Shown here one piece after another: positions 1-12,939 of a stretch of 64,000 bases of DNA. A program made the translations under genes and the position numbers. The notes below the pieces were generated by a model, which ran no database searches, had not been told where the DNA came from, and saw nothing but the letters and a program-made list of their open reading frames with translations. The DNA is taken from positions 2,075,854-2,139,853 of the forward strand of contig CM082596.2 of assembly GCA_040954595.2 (NCBI GenBank). Direction: 5' to 3'. The stretch comes from Balanoglossus misakiensis (taxonomy: Eukaryota > Animalia > Hemichordata). Every line of letters begins with the position of its first letter. Position 1 is the stretch's first letter.

Positions 1-842
1 TACCTGCCAGGACGTATATACAAGAATGTCCCGTATAGGTGCTGTGCTCTACTAATTTCAAGGTGTGGTGGGCTAGCTGCCGACGTTGCTCTTTTTCTTG
101 GTGGTTTCATCTTGTCTCACACATTTCATCCTTTACCATGGAGGGATTTATTCAAGCCTGCACACGTCACAGAGAGGTGAATACTGATTCTATCGCTTCA
201 TTGACTCGTACAGTTGTTATAATTGTGGTTTTATTTGATTCTGTTTATTATTCCCTAACCTGCTGTTTGATTGACAAGTCCCGTGTATCCATTTTATGGT
301 TTGTAAGCTTGCCTATCCTTTATTCATCTGGACTATCGCTAAACATACATTCATTGGTTGATTCATGATAGTATCACTGTTTAGTTCTCTCCGTCATTCA
401 TATATCAATTGACCTCAGAACCCACAAAGCTACGCATTGTCCACCTGTACCTAGGTATTTTGTGTTATTCAGTTCTTGTAGCTTTTGCTGATTTATAGAC
501 AGACTTCAGAGGTACGATAATACTGTTTTAATTCAGTTATTAATTAAATTATGGAAACTATTCACATGTTATATACTCCTGTTGATGAGCTGATGGAGTG
601 ATTGATGTGCGCCTATAGGTATCACGATTTGTTCATCCATCTCTGAATCTAATGATGCATTTAACAGATGATTTGTCAGTCCATTTGCCCTTTCTATCGG
701 TCACACTGACGCTCCCTTCCCAGAGGTGTGGCGATCCATCTAGCCAACCCTCCCGTCAGATCACCATGCATCCAACATTCTGTCCGTTCATTTGTCTGTC
801 TTAGATTCTACTGGCCTTGCAATTCAACATGTTACCATGTTT

Positions 843-900
843 CATCCATCCATCCATCCGTCCGTCTGTCCGTCCGTCTGTCCGTCCATCCATCCATCCA
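843..900. repeat. Compound tetranucleotide microsatellite (CATC)n-(CGTC/TGTC)n-(CATC)n
   Basis: Read directly from the sequence. Confidence 0.9.
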
Positions 901-3900
901 TTGATCCTTCTGTCTCTCATCAATTCATCAATCACTCTTACATTTCTTCATTAGGACAAGCAAATAAAATTGTGTGGTTTCCAGATTTGATTTGCTGATG
1001 CCTGTCTCAAAGGCATTGAAACATTAATTTTTACCAAGTGCAGCTGTTTTTGCTGTGTCATCAAATGGAAGATTCAAACTGACTTCATTGTTAAGACTGA
1101 CAAGAAATGCTCGTACATGCTCTGAATCTCAACTCTGCCAAATGTGTTATCTGCATGAAATGCTTTGTCATAATGCCTCTCAGAAAGTCGGTTGTGAGAT
1201 GAGATCTGTCTGTCAGTGGTGAATACATTTTGAATATTGTTATTGATGAGGTGACCTGCCAGGCTGCATTGAAATGCACAACATGGTGTTAATTTGCATA
1301 CTTATTGAACGTTGTCCTCTAATGGTCTAGATGAGTTTGCAGACACAGACCACAGTTTCATTGAAGACAAGTAAATGAGCGAGGTGTGTTCCTGTGATGT
1401 GTATAATTGGTGTTACGGTTACTGGGTGTTCAGTTTGATTGCTCATGATCAATATTTGGTATGCAGGCTGATGTAAATTGTACTGCTCTGGCAGCATTTT
1501 AGCTATTGAGTCGAGTTGAATATCAGTGAAAATTTTGAGTTTGTAAGTGCATCAGGGTACATATAAGTGATAAAAAGATGTCATGTGAAGCTGCATTTCA
1601 TTAGTAGTATCAGGCGTGTATTTCTGTTATGTCTCCCAGGTTGTATCAGTACATGTAATATGCCACAACAAAATCTCCTTTTTGTAAGAGACGAGATTGT
1701 AAAACCATTACTAGACCCCCACATGCTACTGTAAAACTATAATTTCAAAAAGTTCAGCAAAATTACTACATTCAGGGCATCAGGATATCAATTTTAAAAT
1801 CACTCCAGGTGATAAATCCTTCAGTTCACCTATACGAGCAACAGATGCCTTTACCTGTGTTTTATAATGAGCCAAGCCTATTAGTGATGGTGCAGGTAAT
1901 AGATGTTTTATAAGAAATGCCTTTCTTTGCTGCAAGCACTTGTGTTAAAACTCCTGACGCCTTGATCCAGCACTTCAACAATTAATCCCTGCCCCCAACC
2001 AGCGATCTAATGACGTTTCCATTCCATATTTCACCGCTTTGTCTGGAATTTTACTAAAGAGTAATACACCTACATACTTTGCAGTTTGTTGCCTTAGGGG
2101 CTCTCATGTGCAAGCCTCATGTATTCAATGTTTCATATGATGCTCAACTCTGTGAGAGAACCAACATATCTGCTCTGCGTGTGCGCGTTATTTCTACATT
2201 TTAAGAGCAAATAACCTGGTGTTTGAATCGTTAAAAGTGATTAACTTACTCCGGTAGGTGATATATCGCAGGATTCTCTGTAAGTTCTTGTTCTGGCTTG
2301 ACAAGGATATGTTATTTTTATAATGGAAGGTGATTTTCAACATGGACAAGTTGTAATACGGTGAAGATATTGCCTTGTAAATCATTCAATGGTAAAGATC
2401 TGACATACAGGAATTTAATTCTGCACATGTGATCTGAAAAGCTGTTGAATAAACCATTTCTTTTAAGAGTATAGTGAGATGATTTCAGAATGCAAAATGA
2501 TGTTTTGACTTAGTTCAGCACACTCTAGTGCATGTCCTCATGCTGTGAAGGTTATGGCCGAAGTAACCTTCGCATCGTTATTTGTAAAACTGCACTTACA
2601 CATGTGTGTAACATTAGCATTTAACGCAAAAAAGATTACACCCAAAACTGAACACAGTGCGGGCGAATATTTTAATGGAAAAGTTATTTTCCACCCAGTT
2701 GCTCCTGTGGACGAGAATATCAGATTTATCCAAAAGTGAACACTTCTGTTCAAATTGCAAAATCCCACTACTTAAGATTTTTCGGTAATTTTCTGAAACC
2801 AGTGCAGGAATTCAGGCAAAAAGCTTCTAAGGGATTGAATTTTAGACGTGTGAATTTACCTGGCAGTCTCTCTGCAGCCTTGTCAGAGTGCATTTACCTA
2901 GAAATGACTGTTTAAGGCGGCCTAACTAGCTCAATAATCAGATAATTGCCTCTGTGTGATGTTATTGCAACAGGGCGCCACTGTCCACTCACAATGCGAT
3001 TACACTGTCACATAGAAAAAAGGGACCCCATCGAAGGGTAAAATCAGGTCTTTGCAAAGAACATTCTGTAGCTGGTAACAAGCTGTTGGCATTTACCCAG
3101 TTAATGGTTTAAAAGTGAGACTTTAAGAGCTGTAGTGTATTTGGCAGTGTAAAAAGTGTTATTGCTTACGTTGTTCAGGCATACACCAGTAGGTAGATTT
3201 GTGATGGTTATTGTGAAATTAAAGGTACAGTTACAAGCTTATAAAGTAGAATATTTAACAGAACCTGTGTACTTCCCATTTGCACAATTTCTGAGGAAGT
3301 TATTATAGAATTATAACTAATCATACTTTTGGCTGTAGTGGAGGTCTTTGAAGAACAGGTGCGACGTGCTTGCACTTGATTGATATTAATAAAATGCAGA
3401 TTACAAAATTCAAAATCAAATCTTCCCCAGTCATTCTTTTAGTGAAATTGCAATTTCGCCACAGTTCACAGGTTATCTGGATAACTTCTGACTCTTAAAA
3501 ATTACATTGCAATGAAGCGTGTCGATGACAGCAGCAAGGTCAAGTTGGAGGTCGCATCACTGTCACTCATAATCTACATAATCAGTGTGGATAATTGCAA
3601 GTTGTGCAAGGAGCTGTAGAAATGTACTATTGACAACCGAACTGTGCTTTTCTTGTTGTCTCTGAAGACTGAGATTACACACTTTTGTCATTTGTCAACC
3701 TTGCCAACAACATGCCCAGGCACAACGTTAACAAGTTGTACCAGAAGTCTTGTAGGCTGCGAAAGAAGAATATGATGGATTTAGGGCAGCAAGTGCTATT
3801 ATTTCTGACATTAAGTGCATAAAACTTGAATTGATTTCACACCCGAAATCCTCCTCTACGAGACAAAAGAAAACCCTCTGATCTTCCAGCAGCGTATTAC

Positions 3901-6900
3901 TATTTGAGACAAAATTGCTGTCTCGGTGTCTTGCTGACTCCTATGTGGCTACTCTAATGGCCATTATCTTTGAATTTTGCCGTGCACTCTTTTGAAATGT
4001 TCATCTGTGCGTTAAGTGAGCGAAGCCGTCTCCCATGGTCTTGTGTGTTTTGCTGAAGACATCAAGTCTATCTTTAAATGCAGTGATTCAATCTTTGGCT
4101 GATCCTAATAACAGAAGGAGCATACCATTTTATGTGGGGTAGATTCATCAAGTGGTGCAAAGTAAAAGTAGGCTTGTGACTGTTATTTTCATTTTATTAC
4201 AATGCATCTTTAATTAGAAATCACTGAATTATAAAGAAATGCTACAAAGATTGGTCTGTTTTAATGTGTTTCCAGAGTTTGAAGGATGATTTAACTCAAA
4301 AATACCAGTAGACAAGTTTTCATTTGTGTCAGCTGAAGTGAAGTGGCAGGTTAAATCCGGGAAAGCCACAAGGAGGATTTAGATACAATCAAACAGAGAC
4401 AGACAGATTTAAAAAACATAGAGAATTTTCCTGTCAGTCTTCAAGATAGTCATCTTCTGGTGCCCATCTTAATTTTCCTTTGGAAATTTTGTGTGATTAC
4501 AGTGTAATCAAGTGTATGTTTCTTGGACCGCTCCACTTGGAGACAATTTAATTACTCAGTGGAGTGACATAATCCCCTGGGGGCAGAGCTGGACAAATCT
4601 TCATTTTTTTCCAAGTCACTGCAGCTATCATTACAAAAGTTCATAAATCAGTGTCTCATTTGGGTAAAAATTTTCAATCCAAGAGCATTTCTAAGTCATG
4701 CTGTGGTGAGTTACACTCATTGTTTCCATGGGGGAGTCATCCTGCCCAGATCGTTTAATTCAGTCGAGCTGAGTGATGTTCGTTGGAGTAAGATTCCAAA
4801 GACAGTGAGATCAAAGACAGAATGGCTCGGGCAAACGTTCCCATGCCACAGTGGTTTTACAAGACCTTTGAGGTATGTAAGATAGATGTAGAACCTTTTG
4901 TTAGTACTTACCAGGTATGCATATATGTGTCAATAATTTTCTTTGCTCTGTTAACACATGTAACATACGTGGTTTGTTTCCAAACTATGGTAGATGACTT
5001 ATCAGAAAATGTGTTCCACGTGAACATGTATAGGGGTAGTTGCATTTTTTTATTATAGAATAGAGAAGATTCTGAATGTGTGCAACTGCATGCTAAATTG
5101 TTAGATGTGCATGGTTGGCAGAATTGTTTCCACACAAGAAGTAATCACTTTAAGTCATTTAGTTTTACAATGCAAACTCTGTCATAATTCATTTTCTGTA
5201 ATCATTATTTATGGGAGAAAACATGAGAAAAGCACTACATTTTAATCAACTGCAGCCATTATTTTCCAGGGCGGCCTTTAATTATGATGGTTGCCATTCA
5301 GAGGTTATCCTGAAATGTCATTGTTCTGTGACCGTAAAGTGAACTGAAGTTGAAGCTCAGAATTTATAGTCTGAATTTGACCTCATGTCAGAACACAATG
5401 TCAACTTGGTGAAGTTACCACCAACCGGGATGATGAGTCATTTTTCAACAAGTTCAACCCTGGCTGAAATGCTTGGTGATGTGACTGTTAAATTTTGAGT
5501 GGCTGTAACCCATCAATTAGACAACAAGTGAAATTGGTCGTTAACTTCCTGAAACGTGTAGTTGTTGTTGTTATTATTATTGGGATTTACCCTTGCATAT
5601 TGAACCCACTGCAGATTTCATGCATTACGGAAAAGATTGTTAAGTAAGGTTTAAATATGCTATGAGTCATGGTAACATTGACAATTGATCTTGCTTGTCT
5701 CCCAGAAGACTGTTGCCATAAATTACACTTTTGACTGACTCCAGATTCTGGTTTTAATACTTTCTTCAGAAGGCATTGTCCTTATTTGCATGTGCAAGCT
5801 TTAAATTCACGAGGTCACTCAAATTATCCCCATGTTGATGGTGCACATGTTCTAAGCAATGTGACGTGGCCATTTTAACTCTTTGGTAACAAGGTTGACA
5901 GAGGTTAAAACTTTGAGAATAGGAAATACTCAGTGTCAGTCTGGCAAGTAAAATATTATCTCCAGGAGGGAAAAGGTTCTTACCTTTTGTCTCTGATGTC
6001 TAATCTTTTGACTTGAAAAATTGCAACAGATTGGTAATGTGAGAGAAAAATGTGGCTGTACCTGTTTTCAAATGATGCTAGAAAGTTGTGTTGATGTTGA
6101 TGGAAGTGAATTATGGTTAGAATTAAATTTCACAGGACTCAATTTCGCATTCATGCATGCAGCCTCTTTAGTATTTACCAGTAGACATGTATTTCTCCAT
6201 TTTACTTACACATACAGGATGCAACCACTAACCTGTACAATATACGTACAAATCAACCCCATCACTAACTGCTGTACCTGATCCAATCTCTGCTGTCATA
6301 GTGTGCAATATTCCCAAAGTGCATGCCAGATCGAAAAAATGTCTGCCACTGATGTCATTGACTGATGGTCCAAATTTCTCATCAATTGCCTAATGCAGGG
6401 AATTTAGAATGTAAATGAGGAGGCATGCGAGGTCCCACAAGAGAGATTACCTATTTGACTGCAGACGACTAAATGTAAGTTTTAATGTGAGATAAGGAGG
6501 GGGCTACCTGGAAACACACATAATGATGGAGCCCAGAGTGTTGCCCATTGATTAGTTTCTGCTGGGTTTCTGTTTGAAAGATGTCCATGTGGCCATACCA
6601 ATAAAGTAGCTTGTTTTGCCAAATAACCAGTAAGCAAAAGAAATCTTGCACAGAGTTGCACTAAGTTCAGAGAATTGATGTGGGACTAAAAAATGTAGAT
6701 GAGATGACTTTAACCCAAGATCTATGCAGTATGCAGAGTTCTGTATAGGGTACATGCTAAAAAATAACACAACATTTTAGGTCAGTTGCTAATGCAACGA
6801 TTTATCTGAATATACCGGTATACAGGTACAACTTCACCGGCTAGCTGTCCATCATACAAAAGCTGTTTTCAGAGTGGCCACCACTCTGTTTTCGGATAAA

Positions 6901-9900
6901 TCTAGTTCTCTCATTTTAAGGAGAATCTGGCAATTAGTCTGTGATACAGAAATGATATTGTCTCATCCCAAGGATATTTGGTAATCTCGAAAATCTCTCC
7001 CTAGTGATTGATGTGTCTGCTGGTCATATATTTCATATGACAGCTCAGTATTGTCAGTTTTGAAAGCTGTCTATGTGTGGTTTAAACTTCAGTGTACTGT
7101 CCTGTTTACGTATATGTTTCCTCAAACGATTTATATCATTGCAACTTTCAAACTGCATAGCATCACATGCAGGTTTGATTCTCCTTTATACTTTATACTT
7201 AAACCAGATCTGTAATTTGTCAGAGAGGCTATAGTCATACCCAAAGCCTGCCCTCTAGTGATTACGCCCCAAAACATGTTCTGATGCAGTGGATTGTGGG
7301 TATAGCCCCTTGTCCATCAGCGTCTCCCAAACAGAAAATGATGCATTAAAATTAATCAGGTTGGATTTAAGAAATTGGTTTCGTTGATAGATACAGTATT
7401 GTCGGCTCGAAACCTAGCATATTCTGCCCCCAAGCCAAACATGTAAACTGCAAATTATTTTGGAAATGAATCTTCTGTGAGTATCGGTGCTGTGGTGCCA
7501 GCTAGTCTAATTGCATTGAATATGAAAGGTGTCGAAAGAGCGTCTACGTATAATCTATATCACACCTTTTCCGTAACCAAATTTGTATTATTTATAAACT
7601 AATTTGGCACCAGATTCCTGCAAATTACAACACTCGCAGTCTGGTAATAGCACTTGTAGAGTTCTTACTAGTTGTTCCTTTGGCTGCATTATAGCTAGTG
7701 AACTTTTCGAGGTTTCTCTTTCGATATAAATGCAAGTGCTCATCACAGTGCAGCTTCGAATTTGTGTCACAGATCAAACGTGGAAAGGTCATTGATAATT
7801 CTGTCTTGTAAATTGTAAAATCATGTCAACAAGATGATTCGAAAAACAAAAAGGAAACGTGGCCAAAATCTTTTCCTTTTGCATGTTCAGTGTACGGTTC
7901 CCATGGCAATCTCTTCCCCAGTCTTGTACAGAGACATGTCTTTGACTTTCGCAGGCGTCATACTGTCTGTAGCTTAACTTTAGCACAGTTCTTTTAACTC
8001 CACTTGAGATGGGAAGGCCACAGGGCATATGAAAAAAATGAGAATTAAAACTTGGAGTAACATGCACGTGGCATCTCTTGCTGCTTGAAGAAAACTCATA
8101 TTATGCAGGATGAAATTATCAGTGTCTCCATCAAAAAAGAGTACGTCTTGATAAAAAGTGGAGGAGACGGAAGGTCTGGGCAATACGATCCCTCCATTGA
8201 GAACTTGAAAGCCTCGGTGTGTGTATAATCCAACATGATGATGAACAGTGAATGGAATTGCATTTGTGGCGTTGTGAATGAGGGACGGGGTTATCACTAG
8301 GTGTCAGCTTTGTTTCTCTGATGGCGCATCCTGCCTTTTTTCTCCGTTAGGACATAGACTGTGAAGGGAACGTGAAAGGTGTCAAGTTCGAAAAAGCTAT
8401 GTGTATGTGAAGTGTTTCATGCCTGGAATATCAAATATCAGGTGTGGCTTTTTTGCAATAAATAAGTGATGTCTCGGGAGCTTGTTGCAGTCTTTTGCTT
8501 ACTAAGCTCCATCAAATGAATTTATCAGTTCTGATACAAATTCATCGTAGGTCTTAAACATTCAGAGATGCTTGAATTTGCAAGCAGAAGGGTTTCAGAT
8601 GTTTAAATTGTGACCCTCTAGTGATTTGAGATCCCTTGAGCCTTGACTTTCTTCTCTATCTTTGAAAAGCCAGGTTTTCTGGAGATAACATGTCCACACA
8701 AATAAATTTAATATCCACATGTGGAAATCCAGATCTTTTTGGACCACTTTCTATTTTTTTGCATATACCTTTCTATCTGCCGCAGCAATGTATGAAAGAT
8801 GTTGTACTTTGGCCCTGTTCCGTCTTGGAGAGATTACGCTCAATGATAATGTATCTCCACTGAAAAAAGTACTGCCTCGGAGTGAGGTTTGGTGCCGGCC
8901 TGTCTAATTGTATTTCAGTTCACCATTGCCAACAGATTTCCTGCACCATTATTGTACACACCTACTATTCAATTGGAACCATATTTTTTTGCAAATCCTA
9001 TCTTCATCATTTAAAGCTGACTAGTGCTACTTAGTCCATGGAGTTTTGATTCCTGTGATAATTCGGTGTCTTCTTCATTCAGAGGGTTACGTAAAACTGG
9101 TGTAGTTCCACGTGAGAAAATCACCATCAGTCTGATTTCTTGGAGATAAGCGTGTATTTCATCTAATTGTCTGTGTTACTGAGTTAAGCCAGCCCCTTCC
9201 TACATTCGCTGTCTGAAGTGTTCAAGATTGCCATACACTCTGCCATCTGTGGCGTGGACTTCTTCAAGAAATTGCAACTCTTGGAGATGTGACTGTCAAT
9301 GTACCCAGTACCTTCTGGACACGGACAAAAGCACCTCTGCTGCAACCTGTTTCTTGACAGCCCATCTTTTATTCTCGCAATTCCTTTCTTTCCCCACCGA
9401 GATTGTCAAGCAGCATCATATCTTGTCTTAGTTAACGCCTCACCTCGGGAGAGGTGACTGTTCTCCCGGGTAATTGCCATCCATTTGTCAGTCGTGTCCA
9501 GACGAAGGTCATCCTGTCCAACAAGCTGTCACCTTCTCTGCATTAATCCAAGACGCTCCCTTCCCTTTACAACATAGAGCTGCAGATTTAGGAAATCCTT
9601 TCACGGTTTTCGTGAAAGACGAGCATCATCTTCACCAGGCGTGATGCCATACACAAAGGTATGACTAATATCCTTTGACAGATATGGGTCACATGTTGGA
9701 CTCTGTTTGTTAAGTCTGTACCTGTAGTGTGTTACCATACATGCATGCTTCTTTTAATAGAATCAGTGATCACAGCAAATGTACAGATATGTACCCATCA
9801 TTGTAACTTTCAAGGTAATTTCGTGCAGTGAACATCTCTCAACTACTCAAAATATGTGTGGTAACTTTTGCACATTTCACCATGGTAGCATTGCAGATGT

Positions 9901-12813
9901 GTGTTGCTTTTAAGGGTTGAATGATTCATATTCTCGTACATGATTGCAAGGCAGATAGGTTTTGTAAATAATTCATGAAGAACTCTATGGAGTTCTATTC
10001 AATTATCTGCAAGACATTTTTGTGTTCCTACGAAATCTGCTGTGGTTGGTGTCTAAGCTTGAAAGATTCTACCATGGAAACTAATTTGAAGATTTTAAAA
10101 AATATAACCTTAATTAAATCTGTGACGTACTAGCTTTCCATGGTATTTACCACAAAACCATGGAAACCGAAGTATAGGCTTTTGAATTCTGCACACACAG
10201 TTGTTGAGAGCACGGGTATGTGTGTGGCTTGAAAACTATCACCATGGAAACCACACACGGAGTAAAATTTACAGCAGTTAGAGTATAGAGTTCAGTGATG
10301 CTATTTATATATGGCTCATATATCCCAGAAGTGATATGGTTAATGGCGCAAGATTGCATTCTTCTTATGTATAGATGAAAAATGACTGCAAATAAGTGAC
10401 TGCGTTGTTTTGATGTATCACCATGGCAACAGTTGCCCTCAAGCTGCAGAGGACAGTAGTTTTCATCACTTTTACTCTCGCTTTTGCTTTTTAATCTTCG
10501 TCTATAAATATCAGATCACGAGTCATTTCTGTTGCTGTAAAAGCAGAGCCTTATAGTGTCTCTCATCTGAATCAGAGTTCAGATTGAATCAAATAATACA
10601 GAATGCTGAGTTTAGGATATATTCATGTCTTGAAGACTTGGTCAGTGTTAAACTGTGATTTGTTAATATTCTGCTGATTTCAACCAATTTTAACAGAAAA
10701 TAAAAAAATATAATGTTTATCAAGTGAGATCAAGTCACTTCTTTTGGGGTTGCAATTGGTTTGAGTAATGGAAGCATTATAGCTCAGCAAACCTTTACCC
10801 TATTGGAAAATAGTGCAAAGGAGGGCTGTGAAAATAAGGATTCTTATCTGAGTAACACTTTCTGAGTCTTGGAATATTCACACAGGATATCTGAGATGCT
10901 TGCATGATTTAATCATGAACTGCTGTTTGTGATGAGAGTGGAGACACTTAAGATGATTGGATGACTTTCGGTGGTTTTTGACGCCCCGGGGAACGAACTC
11001 AGCTATGATCACAGAATGGTTCTTTTGAAGACGTCTTCTTGAAAATTTGATATATTCACATACAAGCTTCCACTTACACATAGCGGTTTTAATTGCAGTG
11101 ATCATTATCTTGTCAGAATTTACCTAATTTGTCGGATGTATATGCACCATCATGCTTGACAGTCTTTTAATGCACTTAAAGACACACCCACATCATTTCA
11201 GGTAAAGTTCAATCCATTTTCATGAAAGCTGCCGGTAGGTTAATTAAAGACTGTAAATCTAGGTCCCTTTTACATTTTACTTCACACTTTATTCATTTTT
11301 TCCTTTCAACCAGTCTACAATTCTAATTGCCATTACATCTCATTCCGTGCTGTAGTTTATAGCTTGTTCCTGTTGTCATGACATCTTTTGAAACTGCTGT
11401 ACGCAAAGAATTAGCACATTCTCATCAGAGATGGTCTTGCCCTGCTGTTTATTCATGGTCTCTTCACAAACACTGCCCCCAGTCATGAACTTCATAACAG
11501 TTGGCCTTTTAAAGTTCACACAAGGTTACAAAGCACTTGACCAATCACAATCCAGCATTAGAACTTTCCACAAAATATTAACAGACATATTTATGATAAA
11601 GAAAGAACAATTGTCCTCTCAGAACATCGAAGCAGCTGTATTAATCTTAATGCAATGATTAACTTTTTATTAAAATATTTTACCGTTGAAATACCCTAGG
11701 TAGTTTAAACATGAACATTTATTCACTCAGAGGATCAGACCAATTTAAGAGAAACATACAGTTGATTGCTTGTTGAGGTTCTTGCAAATGCATTTTCAGT
11801 GTTCTTCTCTGAAAGCTCTTTATCTTATCAATTTTGAATAAAATGATTCACTTATGAGTAATTGGGACATTTCTAAGATTCATCGGGCTTGGGAATTTTG
11901 TGTTCTTGCTGATGGGAGCCATATATGGCTTTTAAATTGTAAATTATTTACTTGCTGAAATCAAAAACTTATCTGTCCTTGTGCTCCAGTATAAAGTTGT
12001 TTTTGATTGGACAAAACGGTCATGCAGCACAGAAGCCAGGGTGTTTTGAGGAGTGAGTTTTAGTACCAGGATAACATTTGTACTTTCAAGTACTGTCACG
12101 AAAGTTGACCATGAACCAAATAAAGGCATGGTACAAAATGTCATAAAGTTTTTATCACAAAATCTTTGTCTTCACATGAGGGATTATAGAATTGATGACA
12201 TATGTTTTATGTGCAAAATACTCGAGGATATCAATTGTTAAAGTTTACTGACATTAAATGCTTTAAAGGACAGGTTCCTGTTGAAAGGTACAATTAGTGT
12301 TTAATATGTACAGTTTATAACCTTGGTTCCTGAACTCTTTAATGGTTTATTCATTGTTGACAAATGTCTGGTGGGTCAACTGTACAATGGAGCTAGTGTT
12401 TGCACTGTTTACAGCGACATGGGGTTTTCTTCGTGCATTTGTCAAATACAAACGCTGTGAAGTTCATTAAAGCCGACTTTGGCCCTAAAGGTGTGGAGAG
12501 TACTTGGCGTGAGCCTTTCTGACCATGACCCCTGGTGAAGAGGTCACTGCTCGCAAAGAATAGCCGTAGTGGTCGCGCATTGTCCGTGAGACAATAGCGA
12601 TTTCAGCAAGGATTGCACGGTTGTGAGTCCAGTTCTCTGATAGCACTCAATAGGGTAGTGTGTACACGATCATATGAATGGGACGTCTACCTAGGTGTGT
12701 CAGTTCTGCAGTTTTCAACACAGCCAGTCATTACTCAAAGACTTACTAGTATTGTGTTTATAAGGATTGAAAGTTGTGCCACTCCAGTCAGCTGGCGCGG
12801 ACACAGTTGAAAA

Positions 12814-12939
12814 ATGGCGGTCACTGCAGCAAACGTGCCTTCTCTAAGAAACTGGCACACTTCTGAGAGAATGGAGTATTTGTACACACTTCAAATGATG
12901 GAAAAGAAAGTTATCGCGAAACTTTTGGAATGTAAACAG
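12814..12939 (+). CDS. NCKAP5: First coding exon (preferred): MAVTAANVPSLRNWHTSERMEYLYTLQMMEKKVIAKLLECKQ
   Basis: Strong start context AAAATGG, in-frame TGA at 12808-12810 just upstream, donor CAG|GTAAGA, phase 0 matching exon 2. Confidence 0.7.

Noticed and set aside
8062-8229. Plus-strand open stretch ...MQDEIISVSIKKEYVLIKSGGDGRSGQYDPSIENLKAS
   Set aside because: Weak donor, no recognisable homology, and short.
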